IMG/VR virus record: IMGVR_UViG_3300027985_001318
Location: 159,651 to 223,650 of that record
Strand: one strand, 5' to 3'
Length of the DNA stretch: 64,000 bases
Of this stretch, positions 28,072 to 37,680 are shown piece by piece (position 1 is the first letter of the stretch; each line of letters begins with the position of its first letter). Made by a program: the position numbers and the translations under genes. A model generated the notes under the pieces. It worked only from the letters and a program-made list of their open reading frames with translations, searched no databases and had not been told where the DNA came from.

Positions 28072-29166
28072 ATGAAACAAATGACTATTTCTTTCGATAA
28101 CAGTTCTGTAGAGAACGACCACATTCGGTCAGTTGGCTTTGCTAGCATCGAAGCACTGCGCCGTAATTGCGAAGCAGTCATTATCTCACCCGAAGACCTC
28201 TGCGAGTCACTGGTCGGTAATCGGGCATCCTACGGCACTACGATAAGCGAGATCTGTGCCGACTATCTCCGTTTCGAGCTGTTCACGAAAGCTCCGCCTA
28301 AAGAGCTCTTGATTGTTAATCAAGAGCTCTTAAACTATGCTTGTAAATCTACAGAGCGCGGCAGTATAGGCAAGATTCTGGGCGGGTATGAAGTCGCGAA
28401 TGATTCTATCGTGCTTTATTTCTCCGAAAATAACCAACGTCATCATCTCTGTTACCGTGAAAAATCCCCAGAACTGATGAAGTTGGTCGAGGACTGTGGC
28501 GGAAAAGAGCCTGGCTCTGACAGTAACGTAAGCCTTTATTCAATTTCCATCGCCGAGATCCTCGAACGCGGTAAGTTCACCGATCAGCGAGTTAACGATT
28601 ATCTGACCCTGCGGGATATTTTGCGGGAGCAACTGCCGGAAACCAACCTTCTGGTTAAATACGGAGATCCCGATCAACTGCTCTCCGGGTTGACTGTAGC
28701 TATCCGGAAGCTCTACGATAATGAGAAGTGGCAAAAAGGGGTCAGTAAGGAGCTCGTTAGCTACATACTCCACCATTTGTACGACCATTTCAACCAAGGC
28801 AAAAACTGCCAGCAAGTCGGTACTGTCCGTTTTCGGCAAGAAAGTCCTTACACGGGTTTCGGTAACTATTTCATTGGGGTCGACTACGAGCTCTTTTCTT
28901 CAATCAAAGAAGATAACCGCACGAGCCAAGAGTTGCAGCGGCTGAACAAATACAAAAGCTGTATTAAGGTGCTGGAATATTATTACTCTGAGGCATCTAG
29001 TCGGCCGATGAAGTACATGCTCGGCGATCAAGATACTCCTGCAGTACAAAAACTGCTTAGCGGTTTTGTGGAAAACGGGAGAATCTCTGATGAGAACTGG
29101 GAGAAGTTCAAAAAGATTCGCATCTTCGCGGCTATCAGCGAACCCATCGAGTTCATCCAATGCTAG
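28072..29166 (+). CDS. Hypothetical protein
   Basis: 364 aa, AGGAG RBS. Confidence 0.75.
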   Translation: MKQMTISFDNSSVENDHIRSVGFASIEALRRNCEAVIISPEDLCESLVGNRASYGTTISEICADYLRFELFTKAPPKELLIVNQELLNYACKSTERGSIGKILGGYEVANDSIVLYFSENNQRHHLCYREKSPELMKLVEDCGGKEPGSDSNVSLYSISIAEILERGKFTDQRVNDYLTLRDILREQLPETNLLVKYGDPDQLLSGLTVAIRKLYDNEKWQKGVSKELVSYILHHLYDHFNQGKNCQQVGTVRFRQESPYTGFGNYFIGVDYELFSSIKEDNRTSQELQRLNKYKSCIKVLEYYYSEASSRPMKYMLGDQDTPAVQKLLSGFVENGRISDENWEKFKKIRIFAAISEPIEFIQC

Positions 29167-29213
29167 GCTTAGGGAGGACTAGTCCTCCCTATTACTACCA
29201 CAACGTTAATTAG

Positions 29214-29245
29214 AAACAACCAACAAGGAAATGACAGCAATGAAA
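29214..29245 (+). repeat. 32-nt translation-initiation repeat, copy 1
   Basis: AAACAACCAACAAGGAAATGACAGCAATGAAA, identical to 56082-56113. Confidence 0.9.
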
Positions 29246-30301
29246 AAACTGACCTCTAAGGAAGTTATCCTGGCTGCCCCCGGTACCGCCGCGCTCATCT
29301 TCCCCCAACTGAATCTGATCAAGGCTCTGCGTAACTTGGACCGCGAAGCTATCGGTGAGTACGAAAAGAAAGTGATCGCGATCCCGGCCGTTGAAGTTGC
29401 TATGGCGCGCAGCAGTAAAACGAAGTACTTGGGCTTCGATATTTTGCCCAGCATGGATGACATGGTCGAACAAATGGAAATCTTCGATCTGGAAACTTTG
29501 GACTCTATGACTCTCAATGGGCTCGTCTGCCAAAAACTTGGGCTTCAATTACATCCGTTTTTACCGATCCCGTTGGAATTCCAGCTGGTTGGCGATAACG
29601 TCCACGTTAAATATCCTGTCTGGATGCTGGACCTCGATACTGCGCTGAAAAACAGTATCTTACAACGAGTCAGCGATACCGAGGTAGGTTATACCACAGG
29701 TACTGTGCACAAGTTGGGCGATCTGGTGTTTGGAGGATGGTGTGCAGATCCTGCCTATGATCGCGAAACTTTGCTGAAAGAAGCCAAGCAGCTTTTCTGC
29801 AATATCGCCACACTGACCACTGGTGTTGAAAGCGTGGAAGATCTTCAATCGGACACTCTGTTTCACGAGCCGGGGCTGGTCAAAACGATACTCAATTCGG
29901 CTGTCGATGCAGTGAAGTCGATTACCGGGCGAGACGATATCGACGCCGACCAAATTATTTCGGTCGCCTACAGAGCCATGGGCGAAATGGTACTCCGTCT
30001 AGAGCCCTATGATCTCTCCAACGAAAAGGTCATTGAAAACGTCGGGGATATGTTCTATCAGCTCATTCATTTCAGCGACAACGAAAGCCGTTTCGTTAAC
30101 GTAAAAAATGGGATCCCGCGCTGGCCGGTCGCTGTCGGCGTAAACGAACAGGAACAGCGAATTCTGTTCAATTACCGTAAGGGCATTTACAACGAGACCG
30201 ACAAAATCACGATCGGAGATAAGACCGGGCTGGTCAAGCAGTGGTATGACTCACTAGTCGAGCGAGTGGTCAATACCGAAGTTATGATCTTCGAGTTGTA
30301 G
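29231..30301 (+). CDS. Hypothetical protein
   Basis: 356 aa; start 29231 or 29240. Confidence 0.78.
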   Translation: MTAMKKLTSKEVILAAPGTAALIFPQLNLIKALRNLDREAIGEYEKKVIAIPAVEVAMARSSKTKYLGFDILPSMDDMVEQMEIFDLETLDSMTLNGLVCQKLGLQLHPFLPIPLEFQLVGDNVHVKYPVWMLDLDTALKNSILQRVSDTEVGYTTGTVHKLGDLVFGGWCADPAYDRETLLKEAKQLFCNIATLTTGVESVEDLQSDTLFHEPGLVKTILNSAVDAVKSITGRDDIDADQIISVAYRAMGEMVLRLEPYDLSNEKVIENVGDMFYQLIHFSDNESRFVNVKNGIPRWPVAVGVNEQEQRILFNYRKGIYNETDKITIGDKTGLVKQWYDSLVERVVNTEVMIFEL

Positions 30302-30356
30302 TCGGTAGAAAGGGGGCGGTCTTTGCCGCCTCCTTAATTAATCAGAGAGTGAAAAA

Positions 30357-30596
30357 ATGGAAGAATATCCAAGCGCTTTGCATGGCTTTGATTTCACTGG
30401 CGATGTTTTGCTCGGTAACTATGTTTACAAAGGGGTTAAACTCCAGCGAAAGCGCGGTATCGGTAAGCGACGCATCTCTCGGCCGCGGACGTATGTTCCG
30501 ATAATTTCAAACTCAGTGGTAGATCTGGTAAACAAAAAGCTAAGTAATGCAAGTATGTTAACCACCACTGCCGTAGACAATACCATTTATTTTTAG
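30357..30596 (+). CDS. Small basic protein with RGIGKRR motif
   Basis: Motif shared with 34369..34743. Confidence 0.55.
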   Translation: MEEYPSALHGFDFTGDVLLGNYVYKGVKLQRKRGIGKRRISRPRTYVPIISNSVVDLVNKKLSNASMLTTTAVDNTIYF

Positions 30597-30607
30597 GAAG
30601 ACCAACA

Positions 30608-31261
30608 ATGAATACTTTTCGTTATACGCTGGCGGCTACTTCAGCCAAACCTTTTGAACTACACCTACCCGCTAATATTTTCACCCTCCATCCCGATCAC
30701 CTGACCGCAGCCACCGCCATCCTCTTGAAGGATAAGCTCAGTGCTAAAGAAAGCAGCGATTTGCAGAACTGTTACTATCTGGACTTTACCAACCAGACGG
30801 TTCTCAGCACAGTCAACGAAGCTATCGTTGACCAAATCGACCTGGTACGTTACAAGACTGAAGTGGTCGGGAACCGGAGCAAGAATCCGTTCCCATTCAA
30901 AGCACTCTGGTGGCATAATCGCCCAGTAACTGAAACCCCGGAAAATCCAACTCGGCCGGAAAATCTCTACGACACCAAGTACTCACTGAACATCCAGGTT
31001 TCCGCTCGACTGGAATACCTCGTAGCTAAGTACGGAATGGATGCTATCGTACTGGATGGTAGCCAGCTCTGCACTATCTACAAAGCTGGTTATCGCCACT
31101 TCAACATGCACTACAGCAAGTCTCCGAGGAAAGATCTTGGTTATATCGCCAAGTTCTTTCCTGATGCAATGGCGGAGATCACTAAGGGGGTTATCGGTAC
31201 CGAACCGCGTTATAAAGAACCGCAGTTCCTGTCCCTTCAACTGCCAGTACAAGTAGTCTGA
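30608..31261 (+). CDS. Hypothetical protein
   Basis: 217 aa, AGGA RBS, ends at a terminator. Confidence 0.75.
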   Translation: MNTFRYTLAATSAKPFELHLPANIFTLHPDHLTAATAILLKDKLSAKESSDLQNCYYLDFTNQTVLSTVNEAIVDQIDLVRYKTEVVGNRSKNPFPFKALWWHNRPVTETPENPTRPENLYDTKYSLNIQVSARLEYLVAKYGMDAIVLDGSQLCTIYKAGYRHFNMHYSKSPRKDLGYIAKFFPDAMAEITKGVIGTEPRYKEPQFLSLQLPVQVV

Positions 31262-31350
31262 AAAAAAGAGGAGGGCTTCCTCCTCTTTTTTTAGTTCACC
31301 ACAATCAATAAATATGAACTAAGTCTTCTTTTTCATAAGGGCGAAATACG

Positions 31351-31641
31351 ATGGGTAATCCCACACTCAAGAACGTGACTGTTCCAGCAGGAAAATGGTT
31401 TTCTTTGTACGATCTCGTTAATAGCGTGAGCGAATCTCCGGTTGCTGTTGGTACACCCTTGGGTGTGTCTGCTATCGAAGGAGTTGGTATCATCAACGTA
31501 GGTGCCGATGAACCGACCGACGAATCGGGTTGGGAGTGGTTGCGTCAGTATACCTATGCTGAAAACGAAACTGGCGATGCTGGTTTCTGGATCAAGGCTC
31601 CGTACGTGAATGCGGTGATCAACATCAAGGTGTTGTCTTAA
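31351..31641 (+). CDS. Small beta-rich protein, possibly virion
   Basis: Stand-alone unit between terminators; TATG at 31313. Confidence 0.65.
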   Translation: MGNPTLKNVTVPAGKWFSLYDLVNSVSESPVAVGTPLGVSAIEGVGIINVGADEPTDESGWEWLRQYTYAENETGDAGFWIKAPYVNAVINIKVLS

Positions 31642-31733
31642 AAGAGGAGGGCTTTCGCCCTCCTCTTTTTTACGCCTTTCGTTAAAAATAATTTTGTTCA
31701 CCAATCTTTAGTAAACCAATAGAGGATAGAGAA

Positions 31734-32876
31734 ATGGCTTTTATGAAAATGCTTGGTTTCGGCTTTTTTACCAAAAAAGAACTTACGGCCACCGAACCTA
31801 CCGCAGACGATACACTCATAAACGAACTAACTAAGGTAGTAAAAGATCTAGAGCTCCGTCATGATTGGCGAAGACTCAGTCCTTTCGATATCCTCAAGCT
31901 CATTTCTCCTAAATTTGAACTTCGTGTTCGTTATGATGTACTGAACGGTTCTTTTCACTTTTATATCGGTTATAAAGTAGAACAATATAAAAGATATCAG
32001 ATCCTATCCCGTTCTAAAGCTGAGCTGGAGGTAGAGCTGATTTCAACACCAGTAAATGAAAAATGCATTAACGATATCTGCTCCGCCACTCCCTCCAGTA
32101 TCCTTGAAACTATGCACAACTCAGAGTTTGAAGATCTTGGTTTCGTAAGAGCAGCTAATCGTTTAATTCTAAATGGTGGTGTTCCTGTAAAGAAAAAGAA
32201 CTACATGGTTTTACCTGACCAGAACCACCCGAACTTTAAGGATCTGGTGGAGAAAGCAGGTTTGGGTGGGTATTACGGACGCTTCGTTAAAGAATCTTTC
32301 TTACGTGAAGATATACCCTTCCACTATTTCATACCGCTTGGAGTTAATGTTCTCTCAGAAGCTATTTTGAAAGAGAAGGAACTTCACGACTGGTTCTCAG
32401 CAGAGAACGGTAAGATTCTTCTTTACGTTTTTCAAGACGACGCTTACGAACAACGTAACTGTAGAACTGAACTTCTAGACCGGGTTGACTTTACTTCTAT
32501 CTATGCAAATTTAGATTTCAGCTGTATCGAGCAAATCATTGCCGATAAGTTGGCGTTGGAAGTTAAAAACTGGTTCAGTGAAACAGCGGTCAGGATCTAC
32601 TGGAGAGGAGAAGGTTTTGTTGGGCGGGTGCTTCTCGAGGATAACGAACTGGTTTTCCTGGCTAGTTGTAAGCCGGACGGCGACGAATTCTATCGAAGGG
32701 TCATTGTCGATAAAGACCTTCGTTCGATCTTTATTGAACGAAAGTTACCAACCAAGCGCGGTTCTATTGACATCCTAGATAAAATAATTGATTACTACTT
32801 GGGTAGCGAGTTTTTTCTCCCGGTAGATTTCAGCGACGATGATTTTGCAAAGGTTAGCTTTATCAAGCGAGGTTAG
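31734..32876 (+). CDS. Hypothetical protein
   Basis: 380-aa ORF, GAGG RBS. Confidence 0.75.
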   Translation: MAFMKMLGFGFFTKKELTATEPTADDTLINELTKVVKDLELRHDWRRLSPFDILKLISPKFELRVRYDVLNGSFHFYIGYKVEQYKRYQILSRSKAELEVELISTPVNEKCINDICSATPSSILETMHNSEFEDLGFVRAANRLILNGGVPVKKKNYMVLPDQNHPNFKDLVEKAGLGGYYGRFVKESFLREDIPFHYFIPLGVNVLSEAILKEKELHDWFSAENGKILLYVFQDDAYEQRNCRTELLDRVDFTSIYANLDFSCIEQIIADKLALEVKNWFSETAVRIYWRGEGFVGRVLLEDNELVFLASCKPDGDEFYRRVIVDKDLRSIFIERKLPTKRGSIDILDKIIDYYLGSEFFLPVDFSDDDFAKVSFIKRG

Positions 32877-32878
32877 TT

Positions 32879-33538
32879 ATGCAGATAGTTGAGTTAAAAA
32901 GTTTTGAGCTTGGCGGTAAGAACTACCGCCAGGATGACTTTTACCGACTCATGACAACGGAGCTCCCCAATGAAGGCGGTACGTTAGTCGCCGTATCTGT
33001 AGAAGAAGGTAATGTATGCCTGATATTCCAGGTGAGTAAAGCTGGGGATTTAGAAGTACCGCATTCAGTTACTAACTTGGTCGTTAATGTTTTTAACAGC
33101 AGACTCGCCGTAACTGTTAACTATTTGTTCCATAAAGGACTTATTGTTCTCAGAGATGGCGATTCTAAAGCCCCATCGGACATAGAAGATCTAATGGTCG
33201 CTGGTAGAACTGTAATGTGTGAGTATTTCTATCGCACGAGAGACGACCTAGACGGTTACGAAATCGTAATGCGGGCAGACCAAGGGCGGTTGGAAGATCG
33301 CGTGGTCTTAGAAATCAACCACGGTACTGGAGTTATTACTTTAAAGAATGATCCTCCGTGTTTTGTCGACGTGGAGATGAACTTTTCTGTAAATATCAAC
33401 CAAGACAGACTTGAAAGCACCACGGTCGAAAAAATAACCCATAGTTATCCCGGAGGAAGGAATGGCAGTAAATACTTTCGTGAGATCAGTAAAAGAGATT
33501 CTAAGGCTGCGCAAAGAGCCTCGCGGAGATCTCGCTGA
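32879..33538 (+). CDS. Hypothetical protein
   Basis: 219 aa, GAGG RBS. Confidence 0.7.
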   Translation: MQIVELKSFELGGKNYRQDDFYRLMTTELPNEGGTLVAVSVEEGNVCLIFQVSKAGDLEVPHSVTNLVVNVFNSRLAVTVNYLFHKGLIVLRDGDSKAPSDIEDLMVAGRTVMCEYFYRTRDDLDGYEIVMRADQGRLEDRVVLEINHGTGVITLKNDPPCFVDVEMNFSVNINQDRLESTTVEKITHSYPGGRNGSKYFREISKRDSKAAQRASRRSR

Positions 33539-34355
33539 ACAGCCGACCATTAACGCTGTCAGATACCTAAACTTTACCGAGTTCATGGTTCGTAAGGAAG
33601 GGATTTCTATTCCAGTTCGTTTCCAGGTTATTCGTACACAAGACCACAAGCTAGGTAAGCGGCTAGATGGTTACTACATCCGGAAGGTGGACCAGGTCGA
33701 GTGGCTCGATATTTTGCTTAACGAACTCGGTGAATCCATTGAGAAATTTCTGGTTTCCGAACTGGCCGGGTTCCTGGCTAAATTTCCGGACATCGCGTCT
33801 ACCGCAAGCTACGCCGTGATGCTGCGGGCCGGTAGTAAACCAACCCCTTACGGGGCCATGATTGAACTGGAAGGTGCATCTAAGCCTATGTTGTTGGTTA
33901 GTATCGGATCACGTAAGCCGCGCTACGATTTGACGATCGAGCGTCTCAAGAAAGATTGGCTGAAGTGGCGAGTCAGTGAGAGGGTTAACTTCCAGAAGTT
34001 TGTAAGTCGAATCGGTGCCGGTGAGCGAGCAATAGCTATGCGGGCTGTTTACGGACACCGACCGGCCCTTACGATACTCGATAGAGTAAACTCAGCTAAA
34101 GTGATCAGTAAAACCTTTATGGTACCAGAGAACTCAGTGAAGGAAGTGGTACTGGCGCGTTATTGCGAGGAAGAGCAAGCTCTGGATGAGTTTATGCTTT
34201 ACCCTGAGTCTCGTGCTGTAATAAAAGCAGCGATCAGTGAAGAGCTTTGGTCGGATTACTTTGCTGACCTTACTGAAGAAGAAAGTTCCACGCTAGCGGC
34301 TCAGTTATGCGCTTATATCGACACTAAACTAAAGATACGCAGTAAGCGTTATTAA
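33462..34355 (+). CDS. Hypothetical protein
   Basis: 297 aa, GGAGG RBS; 77-nt overlap with the upstream gene. Confidence 0.7.
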   Translation: MAVNTFVRSVKEILRLRKEPRGDLAEQPTINAVRYLNFTEFMVRKEGISIPVRFQVIRTQDHKLGKRLDGYYIRKVDQVEWLDILLNELGESIEKFLVSELAGFLAKFPDIASTASYAVMLRAGSKPTPYGAMIELEGASKPMLLVSIGSRKPRYDLTIERLKKDWLKWRVSERVNFQKFVSRIGAGERAIAMRAVYGHRPALTILDRVNSAKVISKTFMVPENSVKEVVLARYCEEEQALDEFMLYPESRAVIKAAISEELWSDYFADLTEEESSTLAAQLCAYIDTKLKIRSKRY

Positions 34356-34368
34356 AAGGAGATTTGTC

Positions 34369-34743
34369 ATGGATAACGTAATTGACCTGGGTAAAGTGAA
34401 AATGATGGACTCTGTAGATAAATCGATAGATGTTGATGTAGAGGCCATCTGGCCCTATCGTGACTACAAGGCTCTGATTGATACATGGGGAGATCTTGCT
34501 TGCGATCAAGATCAGTCTGTAGAGCCCTGCAAATTCATCAGAGATATCCGAGGGATCCAGATACCGTCTTACAAGCATCGAAAGATCAAGAAAATCCGCG
34601 GTATCGGTAAGCGACGCTCTATCATTTACCGAAAGGGACGCTACAAGGAATTTATGTTCACCAACTGCTACCCTCTCTCCATGCCGACAAAAAACACAGA
34701 CGGTACGACGTCAGTAGAGTTCCGGGTTGGCGTCACTAGCTAG
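34369..34743 (+). CDS. Basic protein with RGIGKRR motif
   Basis: AAGGAG RBS; KHRKIKKIRGIGKRR. Confidence 0.7.
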   Translation: MDNVIDLGKVKMMDSVDKSIDVDVEAIWPYRDYKALIDTWGDLACDQDQSVEPCKFIRDIRGIQIPSYKHRKIKKIRGIGKRRSIIYRKGRYKEFMFTNCYPLSMPTKNTDGTTSVEFRVGVTS

Positions 34744-34760
34744 CTAGAAGGAAAGATAAC

Positions 34761-35099
34761 ATGTACGTTTTTAGTCAAGAAGAACGCAAACTAATCCGTC
34801 AATGGAAAGTAAATGCTTTCAAGAACAACGCATTGGAGTATCTAGAAGCCGTGATACTCTGCGGTACCGATACCGCTAACTCCCCTGATATAGTTGTCTG
34901 TCGCCCTAACGGTTACATGACGGAAGAAAACGATGGGGTTTGCGATGTCGCTGCTATTGCGGAAAGTTTGCAGGAAATGACAGAACAGCTAAACGCCAGT
35001 GTTTCTAAAACTCACGCTGGCTTGCCGTTTGGTTTGCGGCTGATCTGTACCGAAGCTGAGCTTCGGCTCTCTATCCTGAATAAAGAATCTAGGGAGTAA
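34761..35099 (+). CDS. Hypothetical protein
   Basis: 112 aa, AAGGA RBS. Confidence 0.65.
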   Translation: MYVFSQEERKLIRQWKVNAFKNNALEYLEAVILCGTDTANSPDIVVCRPNGYMTEENDGVCDVAAIAESLQEMTEQLNASVSKTHAGLPFGLRLICTEAELRLSILNKESRE

Positions 35100-35102
35100 C
35101 TG

Positions 35103-35822
35103 ATGCTAACAGCGTATAAAGTAAAGCTGGTTCGCGATCTGCGGGAATTGAATGGGGTAGTCAAATCTGAGCTGGCCGGTAACTTATCGTTATCTGAAAA
35201 TTTTCAGACTAAGTTGGGGAGACTTATCGATAAGTGCTTGGCTACAGAAAACGATGACTTCGAGAAACTGAAAGTAATAGATAAGATCAAAACTTCGCTC
35301 AATTATAACTATCGAGTTCGACTCGATATTTACCTTAACAAGCTATATCGGCAATCCGAAGAGCTAAGAAAGCCGAAGCTGGTAGCTGAAAGACCTAAAG
35401 CTAAATTCGTCACAGTTAGCGAGGAGGTTTTAAAAGAAGTTAAGAGTCGCACTGTAAATACAGATGAAAAAGACCTTGATCCATTTATTCGCGGTGCCGT
35501 TAAGGTACTTAATTCAGTACCCTGGTTGGCTACCGTCTGGAGTTGTCAAGGTCATGTAAAACTAGATAGTTACGAAACAGCCTATATTCAAGTAGTCGTA
35601 CTTGAAGGTAACTTAGATAAGTTGATGACGCTCTGGGGCGGTTTATTAAGTAGAATAACGATGAGTCATTACGCTAAACTTGTTCAGTGGGTATCGCGAA
35701 TAAGTTTTTATGACCTAAGTTCTAGTCCGCTATGGATTATGGACTTTGGTTATCGGCTAGATTCGTTTGAGGATGGTGAACATCTGTCAAACGTTCTAAA
35801 AGCGATACTGAAAGAAACCTGA
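35103..35822 (+). CDS. Hypothetical protein with TxxSCxGH motif
   Basis: DPFIRGAVKVLNSVPWLATVWSCQGH. Confidence 0.7.
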   Translation: MLTAYKVKLVRDLRELNGVVKSELAGNLSLSENFQTKLGRLIDKCLATENDDFEKLKVIDKIKTSLNYNYRVRLDIYLNKLYRQSEELRKPKLVAERPKAKFVTVSEEVLKEVKSRTVNTDEKDLDPFIRGAVKVLNSVPWLATVWSCQGHVKLDSYETAYIQVVVLEGNLDKLMTLWGGLLSRITMSHYAKLVQWVSRISFYDLSSSPLWIMDFGYRLDSFEDGEHLSNVLKAILKET

Positions 35823-35830
35823 GGTAAGCA

Positions 35831-36379
35831 ATGCACAAAGTAGTTTTCATCGCAGACGCCCACCTAGCTCACGGTGGAGTGCGATCAGATGGTAGTCCGC
35901 GAGGAATACTGGCTGCCAGAAAGCAGTTCAAGACAGAAGCAGAACATGACAGTGAAATCATCGCTAATATCGATGCTGTAGCTAATCCGACCGATACTCT
36001 TGTACTCGCTGGAGATATCGTTATTGGTACTGCCGGATATGAGCTGATCAAGAATCTACAATGTCGTAATAAGATCTTGGTTGCAGGTAATCACGACGGC
36101 GAGCGTGCTCGTATTGAGCATTACGTTTATCAACAGATACGAGGCGCTTATGAGTTTAAGTATCAAGGGCTCTGGTTCGTAGTTACTCACATCCCGGTAC
36201 ATCCGTCGCAACTTGATCGCTGGGATGTGAACGTTCACGGTCATTTGCACGAAGATGAAATTGATGACTGTCGTTACATTTGTATCAGCGCTGAACAGAC
36301 GGACTACCAGCCAGTTACTAAGGAGTGGATCTACCAGCGTTACCTCGCAAAAGGGGGTGTAAGAAAAGAAGAGGGTTGA
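35831..36379 (+). CDS. Calcineurin-like metallophosphoesterase
   Basis: DAH, GD, GNHD, THIP, HGHLH motifs. Confidence 0.9.
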   Translation: MHKVVFIADAHLAHGGVRSDGSPRGILAARKQFKTEAEHDSEIIANIDAVANPTDTLVLAGDIVIGTAGYELIKNLQCRNKILVAGNHDGERARIEHYVYQQIRGAYEFKYQGLWFVVTHIPVHPSQLDRWDVNVHGHLHEDEIDDCRYICISAEQTDYQPVTKEWIYQRYLAKGGVRKEEG

Positions 36380-36447
36380 GCCCTCTTCTTTTTTTTGCTC
36401 TCTTTATATGACTCTTAAACAGCATTTGTTTTTTTAAGGAATTAGCT

Positions 36448-37668
36448 ATGGCTATTAAAGTAACTAACCCGATAGGTGGTTTCCTTACGGCAGCTTTGGA
36501 AGGGGCTGAGGTAGAAGAACAGGATCCGTACTACATGGACGCGGTGGACGCTGACTACGATATCGATAGCGACGATGAACGGGAAGGCAAAGAACTGCTG
36601 GATGGAATCGAGAAGGCCGATGAATTTCTGACTGGCATGGAATCTTTGATTGCCACTATGGAAGCCGCACAGGCCGATCCGCAGTTTGGTAAGTACAACT
36701 TGCCGCTCTACCATAAAGAGGCGGTGAGACTCCACAAACTCATGGGCCTTTCTACCTTTGGCATGTCTACGGAGAACTTCGAGTCCGAGTACGTACTTTC
36801 CACTGAAGGTTTCAAGGAGACCGCCAGTAAAGTCTGGGAAGCCTTCAAAGCCATGGTTAAGCGTTTTCTCGACTGGCTCCTCGGTAAGTCAGGTAAGGAG
36901 TCCAAGGCCGAGAAAGCCAAAGCTTTGGCTGAGAAAGAAAAGCAAGCCGTCGAAGAGCAGGTAAAGAAACCTGAGTTTATCAAGATGGTCAAGGAAGTAC
37001 ACAAGATCGATTTTGAGGTTACTCTGAAGGGTGTTCTTGGTGAACATGTTCGCGACCATGACAGTTTCGAGAAAGTAAAGACTGCGGTGATGTTCGCCGA
37101 AGACGATCTCCAGAAATCTTTCGAGAAAGTTGCTGACTTCTTTTCAGATATCGCAAAAGCCGAATCTGAAGAAGAAGTCGATGGAATGGTCGTCGGCCAT
37201 GGTCTGACCAAAGATCCTAAAAAGACCATTGATAAAAAGAACGTGAAGTTTAGCTGGGAGCCTAAACTTGGCCAAGTATTGGATGGGACCTTGGGTGAGG
37301 TCGGTAAGTCCGTTACAGTGGACCTGTATCTGACCGCAGTTAAGGAGAGCAGAGAGAAACTCGAAAAAGTAAAAGATGATATCGAGAAACGATTCATTGC
37401 TGCAAACAAGGAGTTCTCTGGCGAATTTAATACCCAGCTATCTAAGTTCGGTGATCCCAAACAACAGATGTCCGCTGCTAAAACAGATGAGCTTCATGCC
37501 GAGATAAAGTTACTCGCCGCTCAACGAAAAGCTATCGTAAAAGCTATCGGTTATCTTTCGAAGACCGTACACGACTACGATCTGTTTGTTAATGACTGCA
37601 CCAATATCTACCTGAAATACAAACAGGCGGTAATTGATGCACGTAATGAAATCAATAAAGCCGACTAA
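36448..37668 (+). CDS. phiKZ-type internal head protein
   Basis: Acidic propeptide with ALE/GME/STE sites, then LSTEGFKETASKVWEAFKAMVKRFLDWL; TATG at 36407. Confidence 0.75.
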   Translation: MAIKVTNPIGGFLTAALEGAEVEEQDPYYMDAVDADYDIDSDDEREGKELLDGIEKADEFLTGMESLIATMEAAQADPQFGKYNLPLYHKEAVRLHKLMGLSTFGMSTENFESEYVLSTEGFKETASKVWEAFKAMVKRFLDWLLGKSGKESKAEKAKALAEKEKQAVEEQVKKPEFIKMVKEVHKIDFEVTLKGVLGEHVRDHDSFEKVKTAVMFAEDDLQKSFEKVADFFSDIAKAESEEEVDGMVVGHGLTKDPKKTIDKKNVKFSWEPKLGQVLDGTLGEVGKSVTVDLYLTAVKESREKLEKVKDDIEKRFIAANKEFSGEFNTQLSKFGDPKQQMSAAKTDELHAEIKLLAAQRKAIVKAIGYLSKTVHDYDLFVNDCTNIYLKYKQAVIDARNEINKAD

Positions 37669-37680
37669 ACGAGGTTTATC

